Below, piece after piece: positions 40,001 to 47,919 of a stretch of 64,000 nucleotides of DNA. Source of the DNA: Phoronis australis (taxonomy: Eukaryota; Animalia; Phoronida); assembly GCA_002633005.1 (NCBI GenBank), contig NMRA01000404.1, positions 85,394-149,393 on the forward strand, given 5' to 3'. A model generated the notes under the pieces. That model did no database searches, had not been told where the DNA came from, and was given only the letters and a program-made list of their open reading frames with translations. The translations under genes and the position numbers were made by a program. Position 1 is the first letter of the stretch; each line of letters starts with the position of its first letter.

Positions 40001-43000
40001 CAATCACCTGTGAACCCACCACAAAAAATTACCTGGACCATACGTCCTTATGAAACTTGTCTCAAATGGTTCCTTTAGTTCAAATATGTGGTGAGTTCAG
40101 GGCTTTAAAGGAACTCTGGCAACCAATTTGTGGTTGTTTTAAATCAGTGTCTACAATTTGTGGTTGGTTTAAATCAGTGTCTACAACTTGCATTCTTTGG
40201 GTGTGTCATGTTTTGCACTCAATGATCGAACCCCGGGAAATTTCCTCTGGGCCCAAGTCTATCAATTTTGTTGTGTCATCTTTAAAGGTGCTTATGGCCA
40301 GATGGGTGAAGACTTACTGTGTATTGGTGATCCTGTCTGTTTTTCAGAGAGTGGTGCAGTGAATATCAGTTTAGCTGTGTCTGGGAACAAGTACATTAGA
40401 CATAAGTTGACTAACCTAGCTCCAGGCATGGAGTACACTGTCTCGGTAGTGATGATAAATAGTAATGGAGGCATCCTACACACTGAGAGGGATAACAGGA
40501 AGAACTTCACTACACATGACTTATTGAGTGAGTTGTTAGCTAACTTACATCACTTGTCTCATTACTGTTAGTAGTGTATTGTGAGATAGAGGTGGTGTAC
40601 AGTGCATTGTGTGATAGAGATGGTGTACAGTGTATTGTGTGATAGAGATGGTGTACAGTGTATTGTGTGATAGAGATGGTGTACAGTGTATTGTGTGATA
40701 GAGGTGGTGTACAGTGTATTGTGTGATAGAGGTGGTGTACAGTGTATTGTGTGATAGAGGTGGTGTACAGTGTATTGTGAGATAGAGGTGGTGTACAGTG
40801 TATTGTGTGATAGAGATGGTGTACACGCTTCAAGTAATTTTTTTAATTTCACGTGATGTGTTTGGTCAATTTTTGATTTGTGTCTAGAGTCAACTTTGGT
40901 GATCACAGTCCAGCACTTGATTTGGCGACCTGCAGGTTGTCAATGCGACCTCATATTGTGTTTGGTGACCTGAATAAATTCCAAGTTGTGATGAAGTTGC
41001 CTGCACTGCAAGTATCAGAGTCAGACAACAATTCCCTCCAAATTTGTTTCAAAGTTTGTGTTGATTTCCAATTTTTTAATTACTAACAGTTTTCTTAGAT
41101 TCATTACCTTTGATTCAGTTTTGTTTCGTTTATTTTGTGAAATGAGTGCATTTGCCACGACAGCAGTCAGCGCAGTCCCTGCGGTCGTTTGCATTCCATC
41201 TTCATTCGCCGGAGGGATGAATTGAATCAGATAATGAGGATATGTGAACTACATTTATGGACGTAGACGCAAGAGAATGCGTCACTTTTACAGGCCAACT
41301 TCCTTTTTTTATTTTAGTCAACGTTTTGTAAAAGTGGATCGGCAATGCTCAGATTTCAGTTGGCTGCCTGGGATTTTCAGTTTTGGTGATGTCATATTCG
41401 TTTGGCAACTTGAGATTTTTGACAAGTTGCCAAATTGACTTGGCGTTGAACTAAGTAGCGAGTGCTGCTATCCCAGACTTTATTTCTATACACTTATGCT
41501 CTTTTTTTATCTACAGGGTGACTTAAACATGCGACAACTGTTCTGTTTTTGTTACTGACTCTGTGTCATTATTTTCAGAGATACCAGACACAGACCTTTC
41601 ATGGGACTCCAGCCAGGTGACAATCACATGCCCTCCACCTTCCACCCAGTTGTCACGTCCAGTTTTTGTTGCCACATTCACTGTCTCTGGCAAAGAGAAA
41701 AACATTTCTAGTGTCTGCCAAACAGATCAAGATCAGACTTTGATTAAGTTTGACTGCAGTGACACTCAAAATTATTTGGTAAGTACAGCCATGGTTAATG
41801 CTCACATTCATTGTGTTTCAATTATGCAAATACAAGAATCGGCGCTCGACACTTAGCTAAACAAACGCCAAGTCACATTGGGTGACCTCACCAAAATCCC
41901 AGGTCACCAGATGAAATCTGAGGTCGCGTAAACTGAAAATCTCGGGTGCAGAAATGTCTATGGCGAAAATGTGCATCGACCAAAAAAATGTGGAAATGGT
42001 CACGTGTACATGCCTAAGTGTAGGCGTATGAACATATGTTCAAACTGAATGACTTGGCGGCACGAGTTTTGCTGATCTTGTCAGATTTTTGCCAAACAAG
42101 TCCGACTTCTGTTTACTTCCTGGTCTAATTTAATTTTGGTGCCAAATTAGTTAATTTAAATGAAATAAACATAGGAATTGTGATCAAAGGTAATAAATCT
42201 TGGGAAGATGTTAGTAATTACAAGTTTGGAAGCCAACATGAACTTTGAAACATATTTAGAGAGAATTACTGTCTGACTTGGGTCGCCTAACACAATCTGA
42301 AGTTGCATTGGCAACCTGCAGGTCCCCAAATCAAGTGCTGAAAATGTTTAACAGTTAAATTGAACTCAGTTTTGTGTTTTTGTCTCTGCACCTTGACGTC
42401 TTTGTCCGTATACAGCTGTCCGTATGCAGCTGTCCGTGTGCAGCTGTCCGTGTGCAGCTGTCCGTGTGCAGCTGTCCGTGTGCAGCTGTCCGTGTGCAGC
42501 TGTCCGTGTGCAGCTGTCCGTGTGCAGCTGTCCGTGTGCAGCTGTCCGTGTGCAGCTAAATGCCAGAATCTTCCAGTTGGTGATCACACTGGCAGAACTT
42601 GAGCTGACTCAATTCTTACAAAGTTTCGTACGATTTTTCAGTTTTGCCAAGTTAACTACTGTATTAGTAAGCGTCCATTCACTGCTCAGATTTGTGCCCA
42701 CGTCTGCTTTACTTCATCAGTTACTGTAATGATTTGATTTACAGTCGTAACCTGCAACATTGTTTTCTGTAAGTGTTTTGAACACTGCATTATAACCTTC
42801 CAGTGGTTGTATGTCGACCCTTACACAATACAATAGAAAATTCTCATTCTAAGCAAAAATAATATCTATTTTTCAAATTAAAAACCCTGTTTTTCTCAAA
42901 GTTCTAAGAACTAAACCTTTACTTTCTCTAGACTTCCCTGATAATTAAATTGCCTCAACCTGCTGATGTTATCATTCTTAGATAATCAGACCCACCATAA

Positions 43001-46000
43001 ACACACTGGGGGGACAAATTGTTTTTAAATTTTGGATTTGAAAGCTTTTAAATAGCATATTTGAATCGTTCATGAAAAGTAGACATTGTTTGATTTTTGA
43101 ATTTTTAAAATCGGACAAGAAATGTAATTTTTAGCCTTTCAATTTTAACAGAATGTAACCCAGAGCTTGCACGTTGCTCTGTGCTTCATTATTCTGTGGG
43201 CATAATGGGTCGATTACCAAACCAGCAGGGAGTGTTGGACTTTGAGATAGGCCAAGTGTCATCAAACAATTCTTGGCATGTATTCACTACCAAACCTAGA
43301 ACACTTACATTCAAGTTAACCAAAAATCATTAAACCTTAATGTGATGTCGCTAGGCACACATTTTTGATTAGTGGGAGGTTTTACCACATGTTTGACACT
43401 TGGTTCTTCCGCAAGACTTGCAAGTATATGGAGCTGACGACATCCATGAAGGGGCTGGGCACAACTGACCAATCAAATGACTTTCTGACAGACAGTGTAA
43501 ACAACAGAATGAAACCACATGTACCTCGAACTACAGTTTGTGTCAGTGTTCCACAGATGAACTAATTAAGATATATTTTTCGTGCAATATCTGAATATTA
43601 TATTTCTAAAGAAAAATTACATGGAGGTTGACAATTAGTTTAAGCAAAGTAAGTTGTAGTAGAGTTATTGGTCATAGCTGCTGTTTGTTGCTGCTTGCTT
43701 TGAATTCTCTACCGTGATTTGGAAATCAGTTTATTTAGTATTAGTTAAACTAAACATAACCCTGTTGATTGGTGAATGTTCTCCATTGAAGGTTAATCTC
43801 AGCTTGCATGCAACCTATAGTGGAAAAGTCTATAGTAGTAAAAAACCAGTGACAAAACGCGTCTGCACCCAGGGTCAGAGAGCTCTTGCAACCACTGTCA
43901 TTGTCGCTATTGTCATCAGTTGTCTGATTGGTGGAGCTTGTCTCGTCGTGCTTAGCTATGCCACAAGAAGGTAAGTGGCAGTACTTTAATAATTAGTCCC
44001 TGGAACATGTATACTTTCACTCACCTGTTTAACTATGCATGTAGATAAGCCTGTGGTTTAAGGTTATTTAGGACCCTGGATGAAAGATTAACTTTTGCTC
44101 ACTTAAGAAAATCATATCTTAGAAACTTTTGATTGGACTATGCTTAATGCACTGGTCTATAAATTGGTATTTTTCTAATGTTCCATGTTTGGGTGAAGTG
44201 CTATAAAAACATTTGACAAGATCTAGACTTCTGTTAGTGCTGCTGATAAACAAAATAACCAGTTGGTATTGAGAAGATATTGTCAGACTCATTACTCAGG
44301 CAAAAATTAGTTAAAATCACAATGGTCTTTAAAGGACAAAGATTCCCCCTCAGTTTGTATTGTCGTATTGTTGGTTTGACAAGTTCAGCTTAGCAGTAGT
44401 CTTGTATGTGCATTAACTGAAAGTCAGACTCAGTGAACTGTTTGCTGGGTCTGAGATTGAAAGCACAGACAATAACACTTCTGGCCTTTCGAAATTTTGT
44501 TCATATTGGATTATGTATGGTAACTACAGAGAGACAAGTTAACCTCACATCCCAGATTTCGATCTCATCAGCATCCGTGGTCCTGCTTACTGTCATGGCT
44601 GTTTAGTATGTTCATTGTCTTCATTTGTAGTGACAACTGTAGTGACTGCTGTAGTGTCTGTAGTAGTGTCTACTGTAGTGACTACTGTAGCGTGTACTGT
44701 AGTCACTACTGTAGCGTCTACTGTAGTCACTACTGTAGGGTCTACTGTAGTGTCTACTGTAGTGACTACTGTAGTAACTACTGTAGCGTGTACTGTAGTG
44801 TCTTTTGTAGTGTCTACTGTAGTGTCTACTTTAGTGACTACTGTAGTGTTTACTGTTAGTAGTGACTACTGTAGTTTTTACTGTAGTGTCTACTGTAGTG
44901 ACGACTGTAGGGTCTACTGTAGTGCCATGGAAACCTAACTGTAGTTATTTGTGTTTGTTGAAGGATGAGACAAGTTGAACTCTACCAATACTGATGCGAT
45001 GTTGCCCTGTTTCTTTCACAGATTTTGGATCAAGGAGTGTCACAGAGTTCCCAGGCAGTTTCACTATCCTGACGAGGCGCATGAAGTGGTAATGTCTTGC
45101 CAGCTTCTCTGTAACTGATTGAAATGGGCAAAATGTTTTGCACAATTCTCCTTGCCAGTGGCTACTTCTGTGTTTCATTTGTTTACTTCATCTATACCAC
45201 TTTCGGTAAATTTTGTGTATTTACTTAAGTGTGTCTGGTTTATTCTTCATTTGTCGTTTGCTTAATTTCAAAGGTGCGCGAAGCAGTTGAAGAAACCTAC
45301 AGATGGGAGCGTCACCCGGATTTTTCTGTGGTTAGTAGATTTTTCTGTGGTTAGTAGATTTTTCTGTAAGCTAAGTAATGAGTACGACTACGTTGACTTT
45401 CAGTTCTCCTTTTTATGCACCTCCATACATATATATGAAGACACTCTTCACAGCCAGCTGCATTCATACATTTTGGCTGACAATTTTAATAAGTGTTTTG
45501 TGAGTGTTACAGCTGCTACCATATATGGACATCAATTAAATATAATAATTTAGTTATAAAATTTCTGCATGAATCCTTTTATAAATAAATTTGATGCACA
45601 CGGTACCTTGAAAAATTGTTTTGTGGTTCAATGATATTTGTCCTAAACAGCATCATGGGTCGGTTTGATGTCTGTTAAAATTGTGTTCCTCCATATATGT
45701 ATGCGTGTGTGTGTGGGGGTGGGTGGGTCGGTGGGTGCGTGTGCGTATGTATATGTATGTGTTATTACTGAACTTGTTGTACTTGTATTCGGGTTACTAC
45801 CTGTGGTGTAACTATTCTTGTCTTGTTTACACATTGCTATGACAACGGTGATGAAGGGGTTTTAGCACTAAGTGTGAAATACCTGACTTATGTCTAACAA
45901 CTATTTTCTGTCAGTGTGCTGGTGTATACAGTGAACGGGTGAACACAAACGCTCCATCCTCAGCACCACTATTGTGTGAGCACACATCCCCGTCCGCTTA

Positions 46001-47919
46001 TATCAAAGGTAAGCACATTGTGATGAAAAAAGTAAACTCAGTTCTCTTGTTAAGTGAGATAAAGAAACTATATGTTGCTACTGCACACTAGGCTTACATT
46101 TTAACCCAGCAGATAATCCAACAGTGTTCAACCCTCACTGACTCCAAGGACTGTTTACAATATACTATCACTTGTTTGTGCCACAATTAAACTTTGCTTT
46201 TCAAATGTCTGTGAAAAACAGGCTTTTATGAGAAATTTTCTACCTGGCATCAGGTTTTTCAAGCGATGGAGGCCACAAGTCAATTGAAACATACACTACG
46301 CAGCAGCTGATAGCCATATAAAGGAGTCAACTTATTTATAGAACTCAAGAGTTCTCTGCAACTGTTCAAACCACATACATATGTCTGCAAATGTTTTTAC
46401 TTTTCACTTGCATGAAATATTATACTCAGCAATAAAGTCCATTTGTATTTCAATAATATAAATGTTTTCTTTGGATGTACAAATTTTAACATTTTCACAT
46501 TTCCCCGATAATGAATTTTCTGGACCCAACATTAAAGAGATCATCGGATCGTTTGAAGTCTGCCTTGTTCACCTGTAACATGTGTGAGTTTCTTAGCTGC
46601 ATTATGTTTTCAACACCACTCAGCACGCCATTGCCATAACTTTCCAAATGTAATGAACGGTTTGCCTTATTGACTTCCAGTCACCTACGTCATTGCAAGA
46701 ATCTTGGTATGGTGTACTATTTAGACCCCTGTTCAAGGCAACTTTTTGCCCTGTGTTCTCATGGTGATGCAATGGGAATTGAAAAGGCTATTTCACGTGT
46801 CATTTGACGTGCCTACTTTTAAGTGATTAAATCATTTTTTGTGTTGTTAAAGCACTGGTGGGTAGCCCAACTATCAAAATCCCATTTTTGGAGAGTTTTT
46901 ACGATAGGTCATTGTAGTGTCAGTTAATAGTGTTGTTTCATTGTGTACATTGTAGTTATTTACTAAATAGCCATGTGTCTGTTTCTGTTCTAGATAAACA
47001 ACATGCCTTGCTCTATCATTCCATGTCCAATGATCCACTCAATGGAACCTACAGTCAGTTGGCTCTTCTGTATAGTGCGGGTATGCAAGATAGCAATGAA
47101 CAATCAGTCAGTGGTGGGTGCATGGACCTGCAACTGCTACCAACACCTAATCTACAGGAGTCACTGCATCTGGATAGCATAGTACCTCGCCCGTTGGACA
47201 CTTGTGACTTTCAAGTTGTCAGTGTTCATGTGCCCAGTATTTCAGAAACAATGAGGATGCTTCCAAATATCTTTGGTGACAGTGCTGCGGTAATGCTGTC
47301 AACACGAGAATGGGCAGCAAATTTTAGCAAAGAAATGTCAACAGTTTCTGATAAGACTGGTAGGCAGGAACCTGAAGATAATGCAAAAACTGGTGGAGAT
47401 GGTGGCTCACATGCCTGTGACTGTAAGGATGGAGAGGGTGGCTCACATACCTGTGACTGTAAGGGTGGAGAGGGTGACTCACATGCCTGTGACTGTAAGG
47501 GTGGAGAGGGTGACTCACATGCCTGTGATTGTAAGGGTGGAGAGGGTGGCTCACATGCCTGTGATTGTAAGGGTGGAGAGTGTGGGCCAAATGCTACCAT
47601 GATTACTAATGACGCACAACGTGTTCTCAGTGAAGACATGAGTAACAGTGATGACATAGACTCCTTGTCACCAAGTGCTCAATGTTCAGTGTTGAGTGAC
47701 AGAGTGAAGTTAGGTATGGTCCATCAATCATGTAGAACTCATGATGATGGAGGATATGTGATGCGTGATGGCGTTAGTGACAGAAGTACGATAATGGCAG
47801 AATCTGACTCGGGTTGTGAGAGGACAAGCAGCTCCAATGGTGATAGCATGACAGGGGACTCGGGCTATACATCACCTGAATTCCTGCAGGATTTGTGCTA
47901 CACTGATTTCATACATTAG
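16511..47919 (+). CDS. Class I cytokine receptor, gp130/Domeless-like; 18 coding exons, about 1141 aa
   Basis: Exons 16511-16616, 17620-17750, 18582-18738, 21949-22072, 24305-24507, 25287-25438, 25740-25902, 30515-30591, 30711-30906, 31338-31483, 31831-32014, 37317-37457, 38806-38985, 41579-41778, 43792-43970, 45022-45088, 45915-46008, 46994-47919. All are AG/GT bounded, phases match at every junction, and the total of 3426 nt is one open frame. Motifs: C-x9-CTW, second Cys pair, YWSNPS, FN3 L-x-PYTQY, TM helix. Confidence 0.88.
16870..17160. repeat. Intronic minisatellite, about 40-bp unit (GTTCAACGACACAGATTACCATTGTGTAAA)
   Basis: Tandem degenerate units; they explain ORFs 16868-17152 and 16958-17218. 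Confidence 0.85.
17620..17750 (+). CDS. Receptor exon 2: Ig-like domain, N-half
   Basis: DFMTEPPAVIAGQGLNLMCKLNVTCHRHDSSRLYIKLRRRNISK; phase 1 to 0. Confidence 0.8.
18582..18738 (+). CDS. Receptor exon 3: Ig-like domain, C-half
   Basis: EFITVMSDNTILVRIPRLTMEDNRQTLSCKVNVTDHSNNVSDVVASKQLTVI; phase 0 to 1. Confidence 0.85.
18694..20515. other. Near-identical tandem duplication (about 910 bp x2) joined at N 19601; likely haplotype overlap in the assembly
   Basis: 18694-19600 matches 19602-20515 with few SNPs and indels; the second copy starts mid-exon with no acceptor. Confidence 0.8.
20617..21873 (+). mobile_element. Complete Helentron-associated non-autonomous element (HINE/DINE-1-like)
   Basis: 5' subTIR CTCTGCGCGTG with adjacent short IR GCGCAGAG, (TATTCT)n microsatellite, duplicated internal core, 3' subTIR CACGCGCAGAG, 3' hairpin TTATTGTCA-TGCAG-TGACAATAA, end CTAGTT. 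Related pieces at about 4700-4825 and 33270-33900. Confidence 0.75.
21949..22072 (+). CDS. Receptor exon 4: cytokine-binding module, first Cys pair
   Basis: EAPYRANMTCIDYQWRRLNCTWSYPSSFMIKYTRHATVRYA; C-x9-C-x-W signature; phase 1 to 2. Confidence 0.88.
23084..24290 (+). mobile_element. Second HINE-like family element
   Basis: 5' TTACTTGGCGAAATAAATTTCGCCAA (subTIR plus IR), T-rich microsatellite, 3' ATTTCGCCAAG present twice (about 24103 and 24251), final hairpin CGCTCCTCGGAGCG. Confidence 0.7.
24305..24507 (+). CDS. Receptor exon 5: cytokine-binding module, second Cys pair
   Basis: NDDISNGYAKCDRYTNWTDHDRFFFSCEIFGSYYDASAPYSLKVTITIKKINHTTRYNYNVGLSKVRI; phase 2 to 1. Confidence 0.82.
25017..25074. 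repeat. (TA)n microsatellite ending at an N gap
   Basis: Pure TA run followed by N at 25075. Confidence 0.95.
25287..25438 (+). CDS. Receptor exon 6: FN3 N-half
   Basis: KVHKMEAVTARPVSSDTVELSWNFQFYYEPLLKFKVQYNASRWNTEAVSM; phase 1 to 0. Confidence 0.88.
25427..25663 (+). repeat. 44-bp tandem repeat containing the exon 6 splice donor
   Basis: GTGAG donors at 25439, 25483, 25527, 25571, 25615 and 25659. Confidence 0.92.
25740..25902 (+). CDS. Receptor exon 7: FN3 C-half with WSxWS-like YWSNPS
   Basis: FYQTSEYDRIKSVNISGLVPYTQYTFCVTAQPNSPAALYWSNPSNVARVTTPAT; phase 0 to 1. Confidence 0.9.
27787..27949. mobile_element. hAT-like MITE (CAGTGGCGGAT family), 5-bp TSD
   Basis: CAGTGGCAGATTTAG ... CTGGATCTACCCCTG; flanks CATCT and CAGCT. 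Confidence 0.75.
28747..28922. mobile_element. Small TIR element
   Basis: AGTCGAATAGCACA ... TGTGCTATTCCACT. Confidence 0.45.
30515..30591 (+). CDS. Receptor exon 8
   Basis: VPVKAPTVPPGGYTWVSEFMVRIYWQ; phase 1 to 0. Confidence 0.82.
30711..30906 (+). CDS. Receptor exon 9: FN3
   Basis: ALNDRDHNGRLVGYSIFHKNKPIFVNKADYYSDVKLHGSPPYVIDVRSVNNVGQSQQYSRLIVTT; phase 0 to 1. Confidence 0.86.
31338..31483 (+). CDS. Receptor exon 10: FN3
   Basis: SLVFINFGVETTQSKHIIHVLWRPPKMEQVIKGYVLYLCARTISLYCS; phase 1 to 0. Confidence 0.85.
31831..32014 (+). CDS. Receptor exon 11: FN3
   Basis: GPVHYIEVEANRTSKMLDTELLFGSGANQIKVGIGVVTTATNQSDSYWGITWSKCIYHTSS; phase 0 to 1. Confidence 0.85.
32446..32721. mobile_element. 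hAT-like MITE, perfect 5-bp TSD
   Basis: CTGTGGCGGATTTAG ... TTGGATCCACCCCTG; GTTCC on both flanks. Confidence 0.75.
33270..33900 (+). mobile_element. Stacked 5' ends and partial core of the HINE family seen at 20617
   Basis: Successive TTACT(C/G)TGCGCGTGCA...CAGAG heads followed by (TAT)n and core AAAGGTCATTAAGTGCAAA / GGGGTCATTAAGTGCATTTT. Confidence 0.65.
34610..35622 (+). mobile_element. 5'-truncated L2/CR1-group LINE (RT C-terminus, 3' UTR and tail)
   Basis: IENVDKFKYLGLTLDPNLKF...KKIGVLKRL; QPHIDYC; IQNRAARAILG; KRSFIYAAAIIWNSLSPEIK...FKVNIKKWL; 3' stem-loop-like region then an A-rich tail at about 35608-35622. Confidence 0.85.
36434..36768 (+). mobile_element. Truncated copy of the 15553-16044 MITE
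   Basis: Shares CGCGTAAAAAAATCGGATTTGATATAAAATTTCCGCGGCAAATTCC and flanking sequence. Confidence 0.85.
37317..37457 (+). CDS. Receptor exon 12: FN3
   Basis: AVAPSIVLSNIQYSSVTVMWKHLTCDESKVWISNYLLRYCEGATCH; phase 1 to 1. Confidence 0.85.
37426..37660 (+). repeat. 64-bp tandem repeat containing the exon 12 3' end and splice donor
   Basis: GTGAGT donors at 37458, 37522, 37586 and 37650. Confidence 0.92.
38806..38985 (+). CDS. Receptor exon 13 (copy A): FN3 C-half
   Basis: SGPVNISLAVSGNKYIRHKLTNLAPATEYTVSVVMINSNGGILHTERDNRKNFTTHDLM; phase 1 to 1. Confidence 0.82.
39028..39237. repeat. 32-bp minisatellite (GTACAGTGTATTGTGTGATAGAGGTGGT), repeated at 40570-40825
   Basis: Tandem units; source of several spurious minus-strand ORFs. 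Confidence 0.9.
40348..40527 (+). CDS. Receptor exon 13 (copy B; probably the other haplotype)
   Basis: Same splice sites and length as 38806-38985, 8 substitutions; lies in a block duplicated across the N at 39238. Confidence 0.55.
40911..41467 (+). mobile_element. hAT-like MITE (CAGCACTTG...CGAGTGCTG)
   Basis: Short TIRs; homologous to 41840-42340 in the opposite orientation. Confidence 0.7.
41579..41778 (+). CDS. Receptor exon 14: membrane-proximal domain
   Basis: IPDTDLSWDSSQVTITCPPPSTQLSRPVFVATFTVSGKEKNISSVCQTDQDQTLIKFDCSDTQNYL; phase 1 to 0. Confidence 0.8.
41840..42340 (-). mobile_element. Inverted copy of the same MITE family
   Basis: Reverse complement begins CAGCACTTGATTTGGGGACCTGCAGGTTGCCAATGC; flanks AGAAT and AAAAT. 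Confidence 0.7.
42404..42557. repeat. 14-bp minisatellite (CAGCTGTCCGTGTG)n
   Basis: About 10 near-perfect units. Confidence 0.95.
43792..43970 (+). CDS. Receptor exon 15: transmembrane helix
   Basis: VNLSLHATYSGKVYSSKKPVTKRVCTQGQRALATTVIVAIVISCLIGGACLVVLSYATR; donor AG|GTAAGT, phase 0 to 2. Confidence 0.88.
44625..44945. repeat. 12-bp minisatellite (ACTGTAGTGACT-like)
   Basis: Degenerate tandem array; explains the CSVY and VVST ORFs. Confidence 0.9.
45022..45088 (+). CDS. Receptor exon 16: juxtamembrane, Box1-like region
   Basis: RFWIKECHRVPRQFHYPDEAHEV; phase 2 to 0. Confidence 0.75.
45915..46008 (+). CDS. Receptor exon 17
   Basis: CAGVYSERVNTNAPSSAPLLCEHTSPSAYIK; donor AG|GTAAGC, phase 0 to 1. 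Confidence 0.72.
46994..47919 (+). CDS. Receptor terminal exon: cytoplasmic tail
   Basis: Acceptor ttctag|AT lies in frame with ORF 46930-47919; Ser/Asp-rich tail with YSQL, GGYVMR, DSGYTS and YTDF motifs. Confidence 0.85.
47392..47586 (+). repeat. Coding 36-bp minisatellite (GGEGGSHACDCK x5)
   Basis: In-frame repeat inside the receptor's terminal exon. Confidence 0.9.

Noticed and set aside
38998-40906. His/Thr-rich minus-strand ORFs
   Set aside because: Translations of the intronic minisatellite.
42360-42729. Metallothionein-like CSCPCAAVRVQLSV ORFs
   Set aside because: Product of a 14-bp satellite open in several frames; not needed in the receptor gene model.
44608-44938. Cys-rich (CSVY)n and (VVST)n ORFs
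   Set aside because: Translations of a 12-bp intronic satellite.
47226-47657. Antisense and alternative-frame ORFs over the receptor tail
   Set aside because: Shadows of the coding 36-bp repeat.
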